The notes under the pieces: generated by a model
What the model was told of the DNA's origin: nothing
What the model saw: only the letters and a program-made list of their open reading frames with translations
Databases searched by the model: none
Source of the DNA: Patescibacteria group bacterium
Lineage (GTDB): Bacteria > Patescibacteriota > Minisyncoccia > Phycocordibacterales > JBBTRF01
DNA: 64,000 nucleotides
Reading direction: 5' to 3'
Assembly (NCBI GenBank): GCA_038065315.1
Contig: JBBTRF010000001.1
Coordinates: forward strand, 300,776 to 364,775
Shown here: piece after piece, positions 48,037 to 56,271 of the stretch
Numbering within the stretch: position 1 is the first letter of the stretch
How the letters are laid out: every line of letters starts with the position of its first letter
Translations under genes and position numbers: made by a program

Positions 48037-49956
48037 CTAATCCCCCGTCTTCATCATCTTGATAAACACATCCTGCGGAATAGTCACGCCACTCCCCTCG
48101 CCACGCTCCTTCATGCGCTTTTTGCCCTCTTTCTGTTGGTCGAGCAGCTTGTTCTTTCGGCTCACGTCGCCGCCGTACAGATGCCCCGTCACATCCTTGC
48201 GGAAAGCGGAGATCGTTTTCGAAGAGATAATGCGGCCGAGCGCCTGGCCCTGGATTTTGGTGGCAAATTGCTGGCGAGGCAAAGCGGCATGCAACTTTTC
48301 TACAGCTTTCTCCGCTTCTATTTCCACTCTTCGTTTAGCAACCACCCGCGTGAACGCCGGCACAATCTCCCCTGCCACCAAAAGGTCCAAGCGCGCCACA
48401 TCAGCATCGCGCAATTCCCCAATCGTGTATGACATTGACGCAAAGCCTGAAGACACGCTCTTCACCTCGTCGAAAAAGTTGCGCATCAGCTCTCGGAGCG
48501 GCATTTCCACATCGATAGAGTTGCGATTGTCGCCAAAAGAGTGCGTCGCGAGGACATTGGCCTCATGATCATACAAAAGCTGCATCACCGGGCCGACATA
48601 TTCGGACGGACTGATGAGATTCATCGTCACCCACGGCTCGCGAATCTTTTCGATGAAGCCGTAGTCTGGAAACAGCGACGGCGAATAGTACATCTTGGTC
48701 ATACCCTGCTTGTCGGTGACCTCATAGGTGATACTTGGCATGGTCACGACCAACTGCAACTGAAATTCGCGGCGCAACCGCTCGGTGATGATTTCCAAAT
48801 GCAACATGCCAAGGAAGCCGCAGCGAAAACCGCGCCCCAACGTGCCGGAGGCTTCTTCTTCAAAGGTATATGAAGAATCGGAAAGTCGAAGTCGCTCGAG
48901 ACCTTGGCGCAGGGTGACGAATTCATCCTGGCTTTCCGGATAGATCGATGCCCACACCACCGGCTTCGGCGACATATATCCTGCGAGTGCTGGCAGTGGA
49001 TGCTTTTGCAGGGTGATGGTGTCTCCCACCGAAGCGATACCTGGTTGCTTGATACCGGTGACGATGTAGCCGATCTCTCCAGCGCCAATGGACTCTTTTT
49101 CGAGCTCTCCCGGCTGGAACACGCCCACCTCGAGCGCGAAGAATTTCTGGTCGGCCGCATTGAAGAGCAGTTGGCTGTTCTTCGAAATCGATCCGTCGGT
49201 CACGCGCACATACACAATGACTCCGCGGTGCGTCGAGTATTGAAAATCAAAAATGAGCGCACGGAAGCTCTCCTTGCCCACTTGCCCGCTGCCGTCTGGC
49301 ATTTTTCCAGCTGGGAATTCTTCCTTTGGCGGTGGCACGCGCTTGATCACTTCTTGGAGCAAATTCTCGACGCCTTCGCCAGTGCGACCGGAACATTCGA
49401 GCACCTCGCTTTCGCTGCACCCCAAGAGCTTGGCGAGCTCAGTTTTCACCTCTGGAACCCGCGCCAATGGCGAATCCACCTTGCTCACCACAGGGATGAT
49501 TTTGAGCCCAGATTCACGTGCCATACCAAGGGTGGTCAATGTCTGGGCCTGTACCCCCTGAGTGGCATCTACGAGCAAAATTGAGCCTTCCACGGCCTTT
49601 AGGGCGCGGGATACCTCGTAATAGAAGTCCACGTGGCCGGGGGTGTCGATAAGGTTCAAAATATAGGTTTCCGGACGGGTATCCGCCGGCGTTTCCACCT
49701 CCCCAATAATATGCGCATCCAAAGTGCCGCCGGCACCTTTTGGCGCCTGATAGGTGTATTCCATACGCACCGGCTGCATCTTGATCGTGATACCGCGCTC
49801 CTTTTCGAGCTCCATACTGTCGAGTACCTGGTCGCGCATTTTGCGGGCCTCGATGGTGTGGGTGATTTCGAGCATGCGGTCAGCCAACGTCGACTTGCCG
49901 TGGTCGATGTGCGCGATAATGCTGAAATTGCGGATCCGCTGGAGAGGGGTGGCCAT
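48037..49956 (-). CDS. lepA: Elongation factor 4
   Basis: [64 protein letters not shown]. Confidence 0.97.
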   Translation of the reverse strand: MATPLQRIRNFSIIAHIDHGKSTLADRMLEITHTIEARKMRDQVLDSMELEKERGITIKMQPVRMEYTYQAPKGAGGTLDAHIIGEVETPADTRPETYILNLIDTPGHVDFYYEVSRALKAVEGSILLVDATQGVQAQTLTTLGMARESGLKIIPVVSKVDSPLARVPEVKTELAKLLGCSESEVLECSGRTGEGVENLLQEVIKRVPPPKEEFPAGKMPDGSGQVGKESFRALIFDFQYSTHRGVIVYVRVTDGSISKNSQLLFNAADQKFFALEVGVFQPGELEKESIGAGEIGYIVTGIKQPGIASVGDTITLQKHPLPALAGYMSPKPVVWASIYPESQDEFVTLRQGLERLRLSDSSYTFEEEASGTLGRGFRCGFLGMLHLEIITERLRREFQLQLVVTMPSITYEVTDKQGMTKMYYSPSLFPDYGFIEKIREPWVTMNLISPSEYVGPVMQLLYDHEANVLATHSFGDNRNSIDVEMPLRELMRNFFDEVKSVSSGFASMSYTIGELRDADVARLDLLVAGEIVPAFTRVVAKRRVEIEAEKAVEKLHAALPRQQFATKIQGQALGRIISSKTISAFRKDVTGHLYGGDVSRKNKLLDQQKEGKKRMKERGEGSGVTIPQDVFIKMMKTGD

Positions 49957-50012
49957 AAGCTCAATCATACTAGCAAAAACGGGCGAAAAGGCTAGTTTTT
50001 GGCGAAGCAGGA

Positions 50013-50104
50013 GGGGTGTCTCGCAGCAGAAAATAGTACCTGCGGATTTTTCATACGAAAGTATGAGAAAAGTATGAGAAATCCGCACCTATTCAAAAAC
50101 ACTG
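50013..50104 (-). repeat. Dispersed palindromic repeat family C
   Basis: Reverse complement closely matches 56049-56146 (TAGGTGCGGATTT.TCATACTT...GTATGAAAAATCCGCAGG.ACTATTTTC..GCGAGA). Confidence 0.8.
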
Positions 50105-50114
50105 CGCGGGGCCG

Positions 50115-50642
50115 TCAAACCAAACCATCAACCTCAAACCCAATCTTCTTTTTCGGCCCCTCCGGCGGATTGATCAACCGCTTCACTACAGAATACACAC
50201 TCGAAAGCTGATCACCATGCTCTTTCTGTTTTCTCTCAATTTCTTCGATCTTGTGGGCCAAATCAGTGTGCGTGGCCAGTACTTCCCGCATTTTGATAAA
50301 AGCTCGGACAATGAAGATACTCATCTGTACCGCTCGCTGGCTTTTCAGCACCGCAGAGAGCATGGCCACGCCGTGTTCGGTGAAGACGTAGGGTAGATAA
50401 CGGCTTCCTCCACGACCAATCTTTGAGGTTTCAATTTGAAACCTCAAAGATTGGCTCTCGTCCTTTGTTAATTGAAACATAAAATCCTCTGGAAACCTTT
50501 GAATATTTCGGCGCACTGCCAAGTTCAAACTTTTAGTGGGTATGCCGTATATTTCAGCCAAATCAAAGTCCACCATCACCCGCTGGCCGCGAATGATGTA
50601 AATTTTGTGTTCGACGACATTTTGTATCGCATCTTTTTCCAC
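50115..50642 (-). CDS. ORF6N-domain (KilA-N-like) DNA-binding protein
   Basis: IRGQRVMVDFDLAEIYG, RRNIQRFPEDFMFQLT, PYVFTEHGVAMLS, KKKIGF. Confidence 0.92.
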   Translation of the reverse strand: MEKDAIQNVVEHKIYIIRGQRVMVDFDLAEIYGIPTKSLNLAVRRNIQRFPEDFMFQLTKDESQSLRFQIETSKIGRGGSRYLPYVFTEHGVAMLSAVLKSQRAVQMSIFIVRAFIKMREVLATHTDLAHKIEEIERKQKEHGDQLSSVYSVVKRLINPPEGPKKKIGFEVDGLV

Positions 50643-50721
50643 CTATCAATTCTATCGGCCGGCAAAATACATTGCAATGCGAAAAAGATAAAGAAACACT
50701 AAAATCTTTATGAATTTTTGA

Positions 50722-51318
50722 TCAATTTTTCTTCACCCACGGCACCGGATACTTTTTCCACTCATCGAGCAGCGGTTCATCATAAAAGAATCGAGCAAAC
50801 ATTTCGGCTTCGATACGAGCACCGTTGATTGCAACGTGCGGCTTCACTTCTGCCGGCACACCACAGTACTCGGCAATCGTATCTGAATTCAAGGCAGAAT
50901 GGCCGTTCAAAGTCGGCGGCTTGATCCCCCGTCGCAACGCGTGAAAATAGCAGACGGTGTGCATATCGATCGTCCGCCTTGCAAGTGGCCAATTCACCCC
51001 CGAGCGCGCCGCCGCGGCGCGCAAAAACCCCTCGTCAAAAGATGGGATCTGTCCCGCAATCGTCCGCTCCGGACACTGCATCGCCCATTGCAAAAATTCA
51101 ATCACGATCTCCTTCTCACTTTTCTTCTTCGGATCGACAACCTGTTCCCGAGTGTACCCATTCACCGCCAGAGCCTCCTCGGCCACATGCGCGCCCTCCC
51201 AAGCTCGGCATTCGGCATAAAACTGATTCGTCGGATGATAAAAATCCACCGCACCAATAGACACTAACGAATGCTTGTTCGGGTCCACCCCAGTTGTCTC
51301 AACATCAACGACGATCAT
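50722..51318 (-). CDS. DEDDh 3'-5' exonuclease
   Basis: VDVETTG, PSFDEGFL, IDMHT, PHVAING. Confidence 0.85.
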   Translation of the reverse strand: MIVVDVETTGVDPNKHSLVSIGAVDFYHPTNQFYAECRAWEGAHVAEEALAVNGYTREQVVDPKKKSEKEIVIEFLQWAMQCPERTIAGQIPSFDEGFLRAAAARSGVNWPLARRTIDMHTVCYFHALRRGIKPPTLNGHSALNSDTIAEYCGVPAEVKPHVAINGARIEAEMFARFFYDEPLLDEWKKYPVPWVKKN

Positions 51319-51325
51319 CCCTGTA

Positions 51326-53005
51326 TTATAGCTGTTCCGGCTCAGGAACCAAGACATCTGCCTTCCAGATCTTTGTATGCAGCGTCCTCCACACCTGCTC
51401 CAACTCCTCGCTTTTCAACGCCTTCAACACCAACAAACAGAAGATGATACCAATGATTCCCGAACAAAAACCCTGCATAAAAATGCCGAAAACGGTATCA
51501 ACGCGAAATACGTGATCAAAAATACCAAGACATCGATAGGTCACAAAACCCATCAGTACCGAAGCCGAAAAGGTCTGAAATAGCGTGCGAAACACAGGTC
51601 GAGAGAACTCCGAAAACTCTTTATGAAAAGCCTGCCAGTGAGCAATCGTGTTCACAAACACGCCGAGCGAATACGCCAGTGCCAGCATCAATACCGAAGT
51701 TCCGGTGAGACCCTCAACCTTGAACAAAGTCTCAAAAAATAGACGGAACGCACTCCAGTGTTCGAAGGCCCAAACCAAGCCAAAGGCAAACACCACAATG
51801 AGGCCTGAGGAGAATAGGTTGATCAGCAAAGGCTTCAGTGTCTTGCCGCCAGAATAGAAAGCGCGAACAAAGAGGGTGATGAGACTCTGCGGAATGATCG
51901 ACAGAGTGAAGATCGCCAACGCTGCCGCAGTGAGGCGGGTGTCGCTCCAGTCGAAATGGCCAGTACCAAGCACGGTTCGCACTATTTGGGCGCGCAACAC
52001 GATAAACAGCACCATCACCGGCATAGACCAGAAGATGATGTGCTTTGTGGAAGCCACCATCTGCTCGACAAAGCGCTTCATGTCGCCGGTGGAAAAGAGC
52101 CGTGACAGTGTCGGAAATGCTGCCGAAGCGTAGCTCACGCCGATAATACTGAGCGGCACCGACTGCAGGTTATTTGAGAAATTAAAAATCGCAATAGAAC
52201 CGGAAGCCATGAGCGAAGCTGACGCTGTCAGAAAGAAGAGAGCAATCTGATTTGATGAGAGCGTAAGCGTCCGCGGTAGTGAGGTGAGCACCACCTGACG
52301 GATCGCCTTGAAATCGATACTTAGCAGCACACGTGGGAATAATTTCTGACTCACAATATATGGAATCTGGATACAGAGATGTAGTGCAGCACCGATAATC
52401 ACCCCCCAACCGAGACCATACAGTCCCATTGTCGGATACAGTACGATGATGCCGAATACAATTCCGAGGTTATACAACACCGGACTGAGGGCATAAAGGA
52501 AAAAGCGATTATGGATCTGCGTGATGCTCGCAAGAAAGTTTGAGAAGCCGAGAAGCAGCGGCGAGAGTAGGAGAATTCTCGACAGAGTGACAAGCTGTGG
52601 CAACGCCGGATCATTCGCAAAACCCGGTAATACGATAGGCGTAAGCCATGGCATCAAGAAAAATGCAATGATCGATACCACCACGATCGCAAAGAAGAAT
52701 ACCGAAAATGTGTGATCGATGAAGGCCCTGCCCTCTTCTTTGTTCCTTTCCATCTTCTCAATGAAGAATGGTACGAGTACCGAGATCGAGACCGTGGTGG
52801 CAATCGACACAAAGATGAAATCCGGAATACGGAAAGCCGCATAGTACACATCGATCACATTTCCTGCACCGAAGAAATAGGCGAAGAGTCTGTCGCGCAG
52901 CAGCGCTAGCAGCTGCGCTAGGAAAGCGAAGAACGCCAAAAGGTAAGCGGCCTCATGGAGACCGCTTACCTCCCGATGAAAGAAACTGAGCAAGCGCTTC
53001 ACCAT
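51326..53005 (-). CDS. murJ: Lipid II flippase MurJ/MviN
   Basis: LLRDRL..FGAG..DVYYAAFRIPD, LSPVLYN, RAFYS..TLKP; many TM helices. Confidence 0.9.
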   Translation of the reverse strand: MVKRLLSFFHREVSGLHEAAYLLAFFAFLAQLLALLRDRLFAYFFGAGNVIDVYYAAFRIPDFIFVSIATTVSISVLVPFFIEKMERNKEEGRAFIDHTFSVFFFAIVVVSIIAFFLMPWLTPIVLPGFANDPALPQLVTLSRILLLSPLLLGFSNFLASITQIHNRFFLYALSPVLYNLGIVFGIIVLYPTMGLYGLGWGVIIGAALHLCIQIPYIVSQKLFPRVLLSIDFKAIRQVVLTSLPRTLTLSSNQIALFFLTASASLMASGSIAIFNFSNNLQSVPLSIIGVSYASAAFPTLSRLFSTGDMKRFVEQMVASTKHIIFWSMPVMVLFIVLRAQIVRTVLGTGHFDWSDTRLTAAALAIFTLSIIPQSLITLFVRAFYSGGKTLKPLLINLFSSGLIVVFAFGLVWAFEHWSAFRLFFETLFKVEGLTGTSVLMLALAYSLGVFVNTIAHWQAFHKEFSEFSRPVFRTLFQTFSASVLMGFVTYRCLGIFDHVFRVDTVFGIFMQGFCSGIIGIIFCLLVLKALKSEELEQVWRTLHTKIWKADVLVPEPEQL

Positions 53006-53021
53006 GGGGCGACCAATGGAA

Positions 53022-55430
53022 CTAGTTTTCCTCGTTTACCGGAAGCTTCTTGGTAGCTTCTTTTGGAGTCTCCTTTGCTGCCGTCGCTAGAGGATCCCGG
53101 CCGGCCTTCAAGTTGGCAAGAGCCGCCTTCACTTCCTGATTGTCTGGATTTAGTTTTTGTATCTCTTCAAACTGAACGATTGCGTCGGACCGTCGGCCAA
53201 GCTTTGAATAACTAATGCCGAGGAAGTATCGCGCGTTTGAGTATTGCGGATTCAAAGTCACTGCTCGCTCAAGAGCCGTCACCGCATCTGCGTATTGCTT
53301 GTTCGAATATTGGAGAAAACCGAGCTGGAAGAAAACTGTCGGATCGTTCTGATTGAGGAAAGCGATAGCGGAGACAGACTGGATCGCGTCCTTCAAATTA
53401 CCTTCCGCAATCTGAATCTGTGAAAGGAGATAAATCGCCTCTGAATAATTTTGCTTCATTGCAAGCGCTTGCATGACGACCTCTTTCGCCTTTGGCAAAT
53501 CCTTGTTGGTCGCTTCCAATCGAGCAAGTGCGAGAATAATCGACGGATTCTTGGCGTTCAAAGTCTGTGCCTTCTCATATGCCTGCTTCGCGCTTTCGTA
53601 TGCCTTTTCGTAGCCGAATGGTAGCAAACCTTCGTACAGCTGTCCGAGGGTGATCCAATTCTGATAATTGCCCTCATCCTGCTTGATCGCCTTCTGGGCA
53701 GCATCCAAAGTGGTCGCGAGTAATGGGGAGATTTGTGCAGTTTTCTGATCCTGCTTCAATGACTCATCGTTCAATACCGCATTGATCTTTAATACGCCAA
53801 GCTGTACCAAGCCTCGGTAGTAGCCATCTTGAGGGTCAGCGGCGATGGCATTATTCAATGCCTCTTCCCCAGCAACTAAGTCGCCCTTGGTGTTGACCGC
53901 AATAGCGGCCTGCGTAAATTGGTACGAGGCATACACCTTCTCGACGAGGTAGTAAGCAAAGGAAATAGTGCCTAACAGTACGACGATCAGTGTTGATACC
54001 GCCACAAAAGACAGCCGGGCATTCGAACCATAGTTGAATACTCGGTGTTGAAATGCACCATCTCGATGTAAGCAGGCAATGAAAATCCCGGTGAACAGAA
54101 AGGCTGTGTAGAACAAGACCTCGCTCGGAATGTATATCACCTGGAAAATCCAGAGATAGAGAGCGCCAATATACGAAGAGACAATCAGGTACTGAGTGAA
54201 CTGGTCGCGACCCTTTTTGAAGACATGGACAAAGCCGAGATAGCCAAACATACCCAAAAAGAACAGTGTCGCGAGCAATCCCAAAATACCCGTGGTCACC
54301 GCATAGGTCGGAACAAGTCCAATGCCGTAGATAAAGTCTGAACCCCAGAACACCGTCTGATTCACCTCGGCTGGCTTGAGCGCGATCCATTGGTCGACAA
54401 ATTTATTTGGACCAACACCAAAGACCGGGTCATGCTTGAGCGTCTCTTTTGCAATCTCGGCAGTGTAGGTGAAAGATGGACGCACCTCGATATCGCTGAC
54501 ATTTAAGAAACTCGCGACTTTGCCAGCACCGTCCTGTACAAACTGTGGTGCGTGATTGATCACCCATACCGGCCCCTTCGGGAAAATAAAAATGAGAGCA
54601 AACACGAACACAATGAGCGAAGCCTTTGAGAATCGTTTCGTGGCCGGAGCCTCACCTTTCTTTCGGCTAATAAAGAGGTACGAGAAGGCAATGACAGCCG
54701 AAAGACCGACAACAATCCAGACATAACTGAAGTTTGTGAGTACCAAGAAAAAAAGTGCAATCGCCAACACGACGGACCAGATGATCCTGAAGGTTTTGTT
54801 CAGAGTGAGGATTTCCAAACTAACGAGAGACAAGATGGCCACGAGACCAAAATAGATACCGAGCTCATTCAACTTACCGATAAGTGTAAAGGCTGCGGCA
54901 TTCGATATTCCAAAAGTAAGCACCTCTGGACCAAAAGTGAGACGGACAATCTGATGCAGTGCGATAAGCGAGGCTGACGAGAAGAAAGCGATGAAGAAAG
55001 CGAAAACTCGATCCTTTGTGCGGAAGAAATGAGCGGTAAAGAACAACAGTGTCGTTCCGAGGAGTATGGAAAGAGCCGTACCCACCTCGAATCTTGTACC
55101 GAAGAAGGACTGTCCAGCGTCACCAGACAAGAAAGCACTGAGGACGAAGGCGAGCAACATGATCAGTGTTGAGAGTGTAAAAAGGTTGTACGGAAGGCGT
55201 AGCTGAGAATGCCTCAGGGCATCGAAGATGAGTACGATTGCCAAGATGACAGCTACCGTAGCTAGGAGTGCCGTCTTGGAGAAGATAACAGCGACACTTG
55301 GAAAAAAGAAGATTGGCAACAGGAACGTCGCGCCGAGGAGTAGGAAAAATGACCATTTCTCGAAGCGGGCTGACCATTTTCCTGATTTCTTTTCGGCGGA
55401 CGATACAGCTGAAGCAACTTCTGGATCCAT
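53022..55430 (-). CDS. O-antigen-ligase-like multi-TM protein with C-terminal TPR repeats
   Basis: About 13 TM segments, PVFGVGPNKF, TTGILG, TPRs (ALERAVTLNPQYSNARYFLG). Confidence 0.8.
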   Translation of the reverse strand: MDPEVASAVSSAEKKSGKWSARFEKWSFFLLLGATFLLPIFFFPSVAVIFSKTALLATVAVILAIVLIFDALRHSQLRLPYNLFTLSTLIMLLAFVLSAFLSGDAGQSFFGTRFEVGTALSILLGTTLLFFTAHFFRTKDRVFAFFIAFFSSASLIALHQIVRLTFGPEVLTFGISNAAAFTLIGKLNELGIYFGLVAILSLVSLEILTLNKTFRIIWSVVLAIALFFLVLTNFSYVWIVVGLSAVIAFSYLFISRKKGEAPATKRFSKASLIVFVFALIFIFPKGPVWVINHAPQFVQDGAGKVASFLNVSDIEVRPSFTYTAEIAKETLKHDPVFGVGPNKFVDQWIALKPAEVNQTVFWGSDFIYGIGLVPTYAVTTGILGLLATLFFLGMFGYLGFVHVFKKGRDQFTQYLIVSSYIGALYLWIFQVIYIPSEVLFYTAFLFTGIFIACLHRDGAFQHRVFNYGSNARLSFVAVSTLIVVLLGTISFAYYLVEKVYASYQFTQAAIAVNTKGDLVAGEEALNNAIAADPQDGYYRGLVQLGVLKINAVLNDESLKQDQKTAQISPLLATTLDAAQKAIKQDEGNYQNWITLGQLYEGLLPFGYEKAYESAKQAYEKAQTLNAKNPSIILALARLEATNKDLPKAKEVVMQALAMKQNYSEAIYLLSQIQIAEGNLKDAIQSVSAIAFLNQNDPTVFFQLGFLQYSNKQYADAVTALERAVTLNPQYSNARYFLGISYSKLGRRSDAIVQFEEIQKLNPDNQEVKAALANLKAGRDPLATAAKETPKEATKKLPVNEEN

Positions 55431-55558
55431 GTGAGTAAAGCAATTAAACTACTGAGGAATAATGTGGCAATTATAGCAAAGGGGGTGCAGAAAAAAAAGG
55501 GAGGGCGGTGGAAAAAATCATCAAAAGAAAAACCGCCATTTCAGGCGGTTCTCCATAT

Positions 55559-55972
55559 GTCCCACATCTATAAGCCGAATTCTGTCCGCCGGCTCGGTTT
55601 GCGCCTCGCCGGCTGAATGACCATTTATCTAGGCCGAGGATCGCTCCCCGGCTCGAGCGGCACCCCTGTCCGGCGGCATTGCTGCCGCCGGACGGTACGG
55701 CCTTGCACACAGGTAAGGATTTTGCCGTTGCACCCCTCCCGTCACCGGGAAGATTCATCTGCGACCTTTCGACCGCAGATGCCGAACCCCTTTCGGGACC
55801 CAGCGTCTCTGTTCGCACCTCTCGCTATCGCGCCCTCTTGCGAAGACCGACAGATCGGACGGGCGTTACCCGCTACCCTGCTGCCGGCGCCTTGCGGCGC
55901 CGGCGAGTGTTCGGACTTTCCTCACCAGACGGCCCTTTCGAGCGATCTGGCGCAGTCATTCAATGTAGGGAC
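55559..55972 (-). ncRNA. rnpB: RNase P RNA (type A-like)
   Basis: Minus strand GAGGAAAGTCCGAACAC (P4 5'), GGGTGCAAC..AAATCC..GTGCAAG, ACAGAATTCGGCTTA (P4 3'); ends pair as P1. Confidence 0.95.
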
Positions 55973-56048
55973 CTATTTAGAATACCATGTTTCTCATGAG
56001 AAGTAAATGCCGGAATACCCATCGCACCCCTTGCCGGGGTGGATGGCA

Positions 56049-56146
56049 CAGTGGTTTCAAGTAGGTGCGGATTTTTCATACTTCCTCATACTTTGTATGA
56101 ATTTGTATGAAAAATCCGCAGGCACTATTTTCACCGCGAGAAACCC
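56049..56146 (+). repeat. Dispersed palindromic repeat family C
   Basis: TGCGGATTTTTCATAC...GTATGAAAAATCCGCA hairpin plus GGCACTATTTTCACCGCGAG tail. Confidence 0.8.
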
Positions 56147-56157
56147 GACGAGACAGT

Positions 56158-56271
56158 GGTAAAACGCAAAAGGCATTCAACTGGAGCCTAGCGAGCGCGA
56201 CCGGCGCGAGCTCGAGGAATTTTCTAGCAAGAAAATATCCGTGCTCCAGGAGAATGTCTTTTGCGTTTTCC
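56158..56271 (+). repeat. Palindromic element enclosing a type-A-like core
   Basis: Arms AAAACGCAAAAGGCATTC/GAATGTCTTTTGCGTTTT; inner CGAGGAATTTTCT-AGCA-AGAAAATATCCGTG matches the Lys element. Confidence 0.7.
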
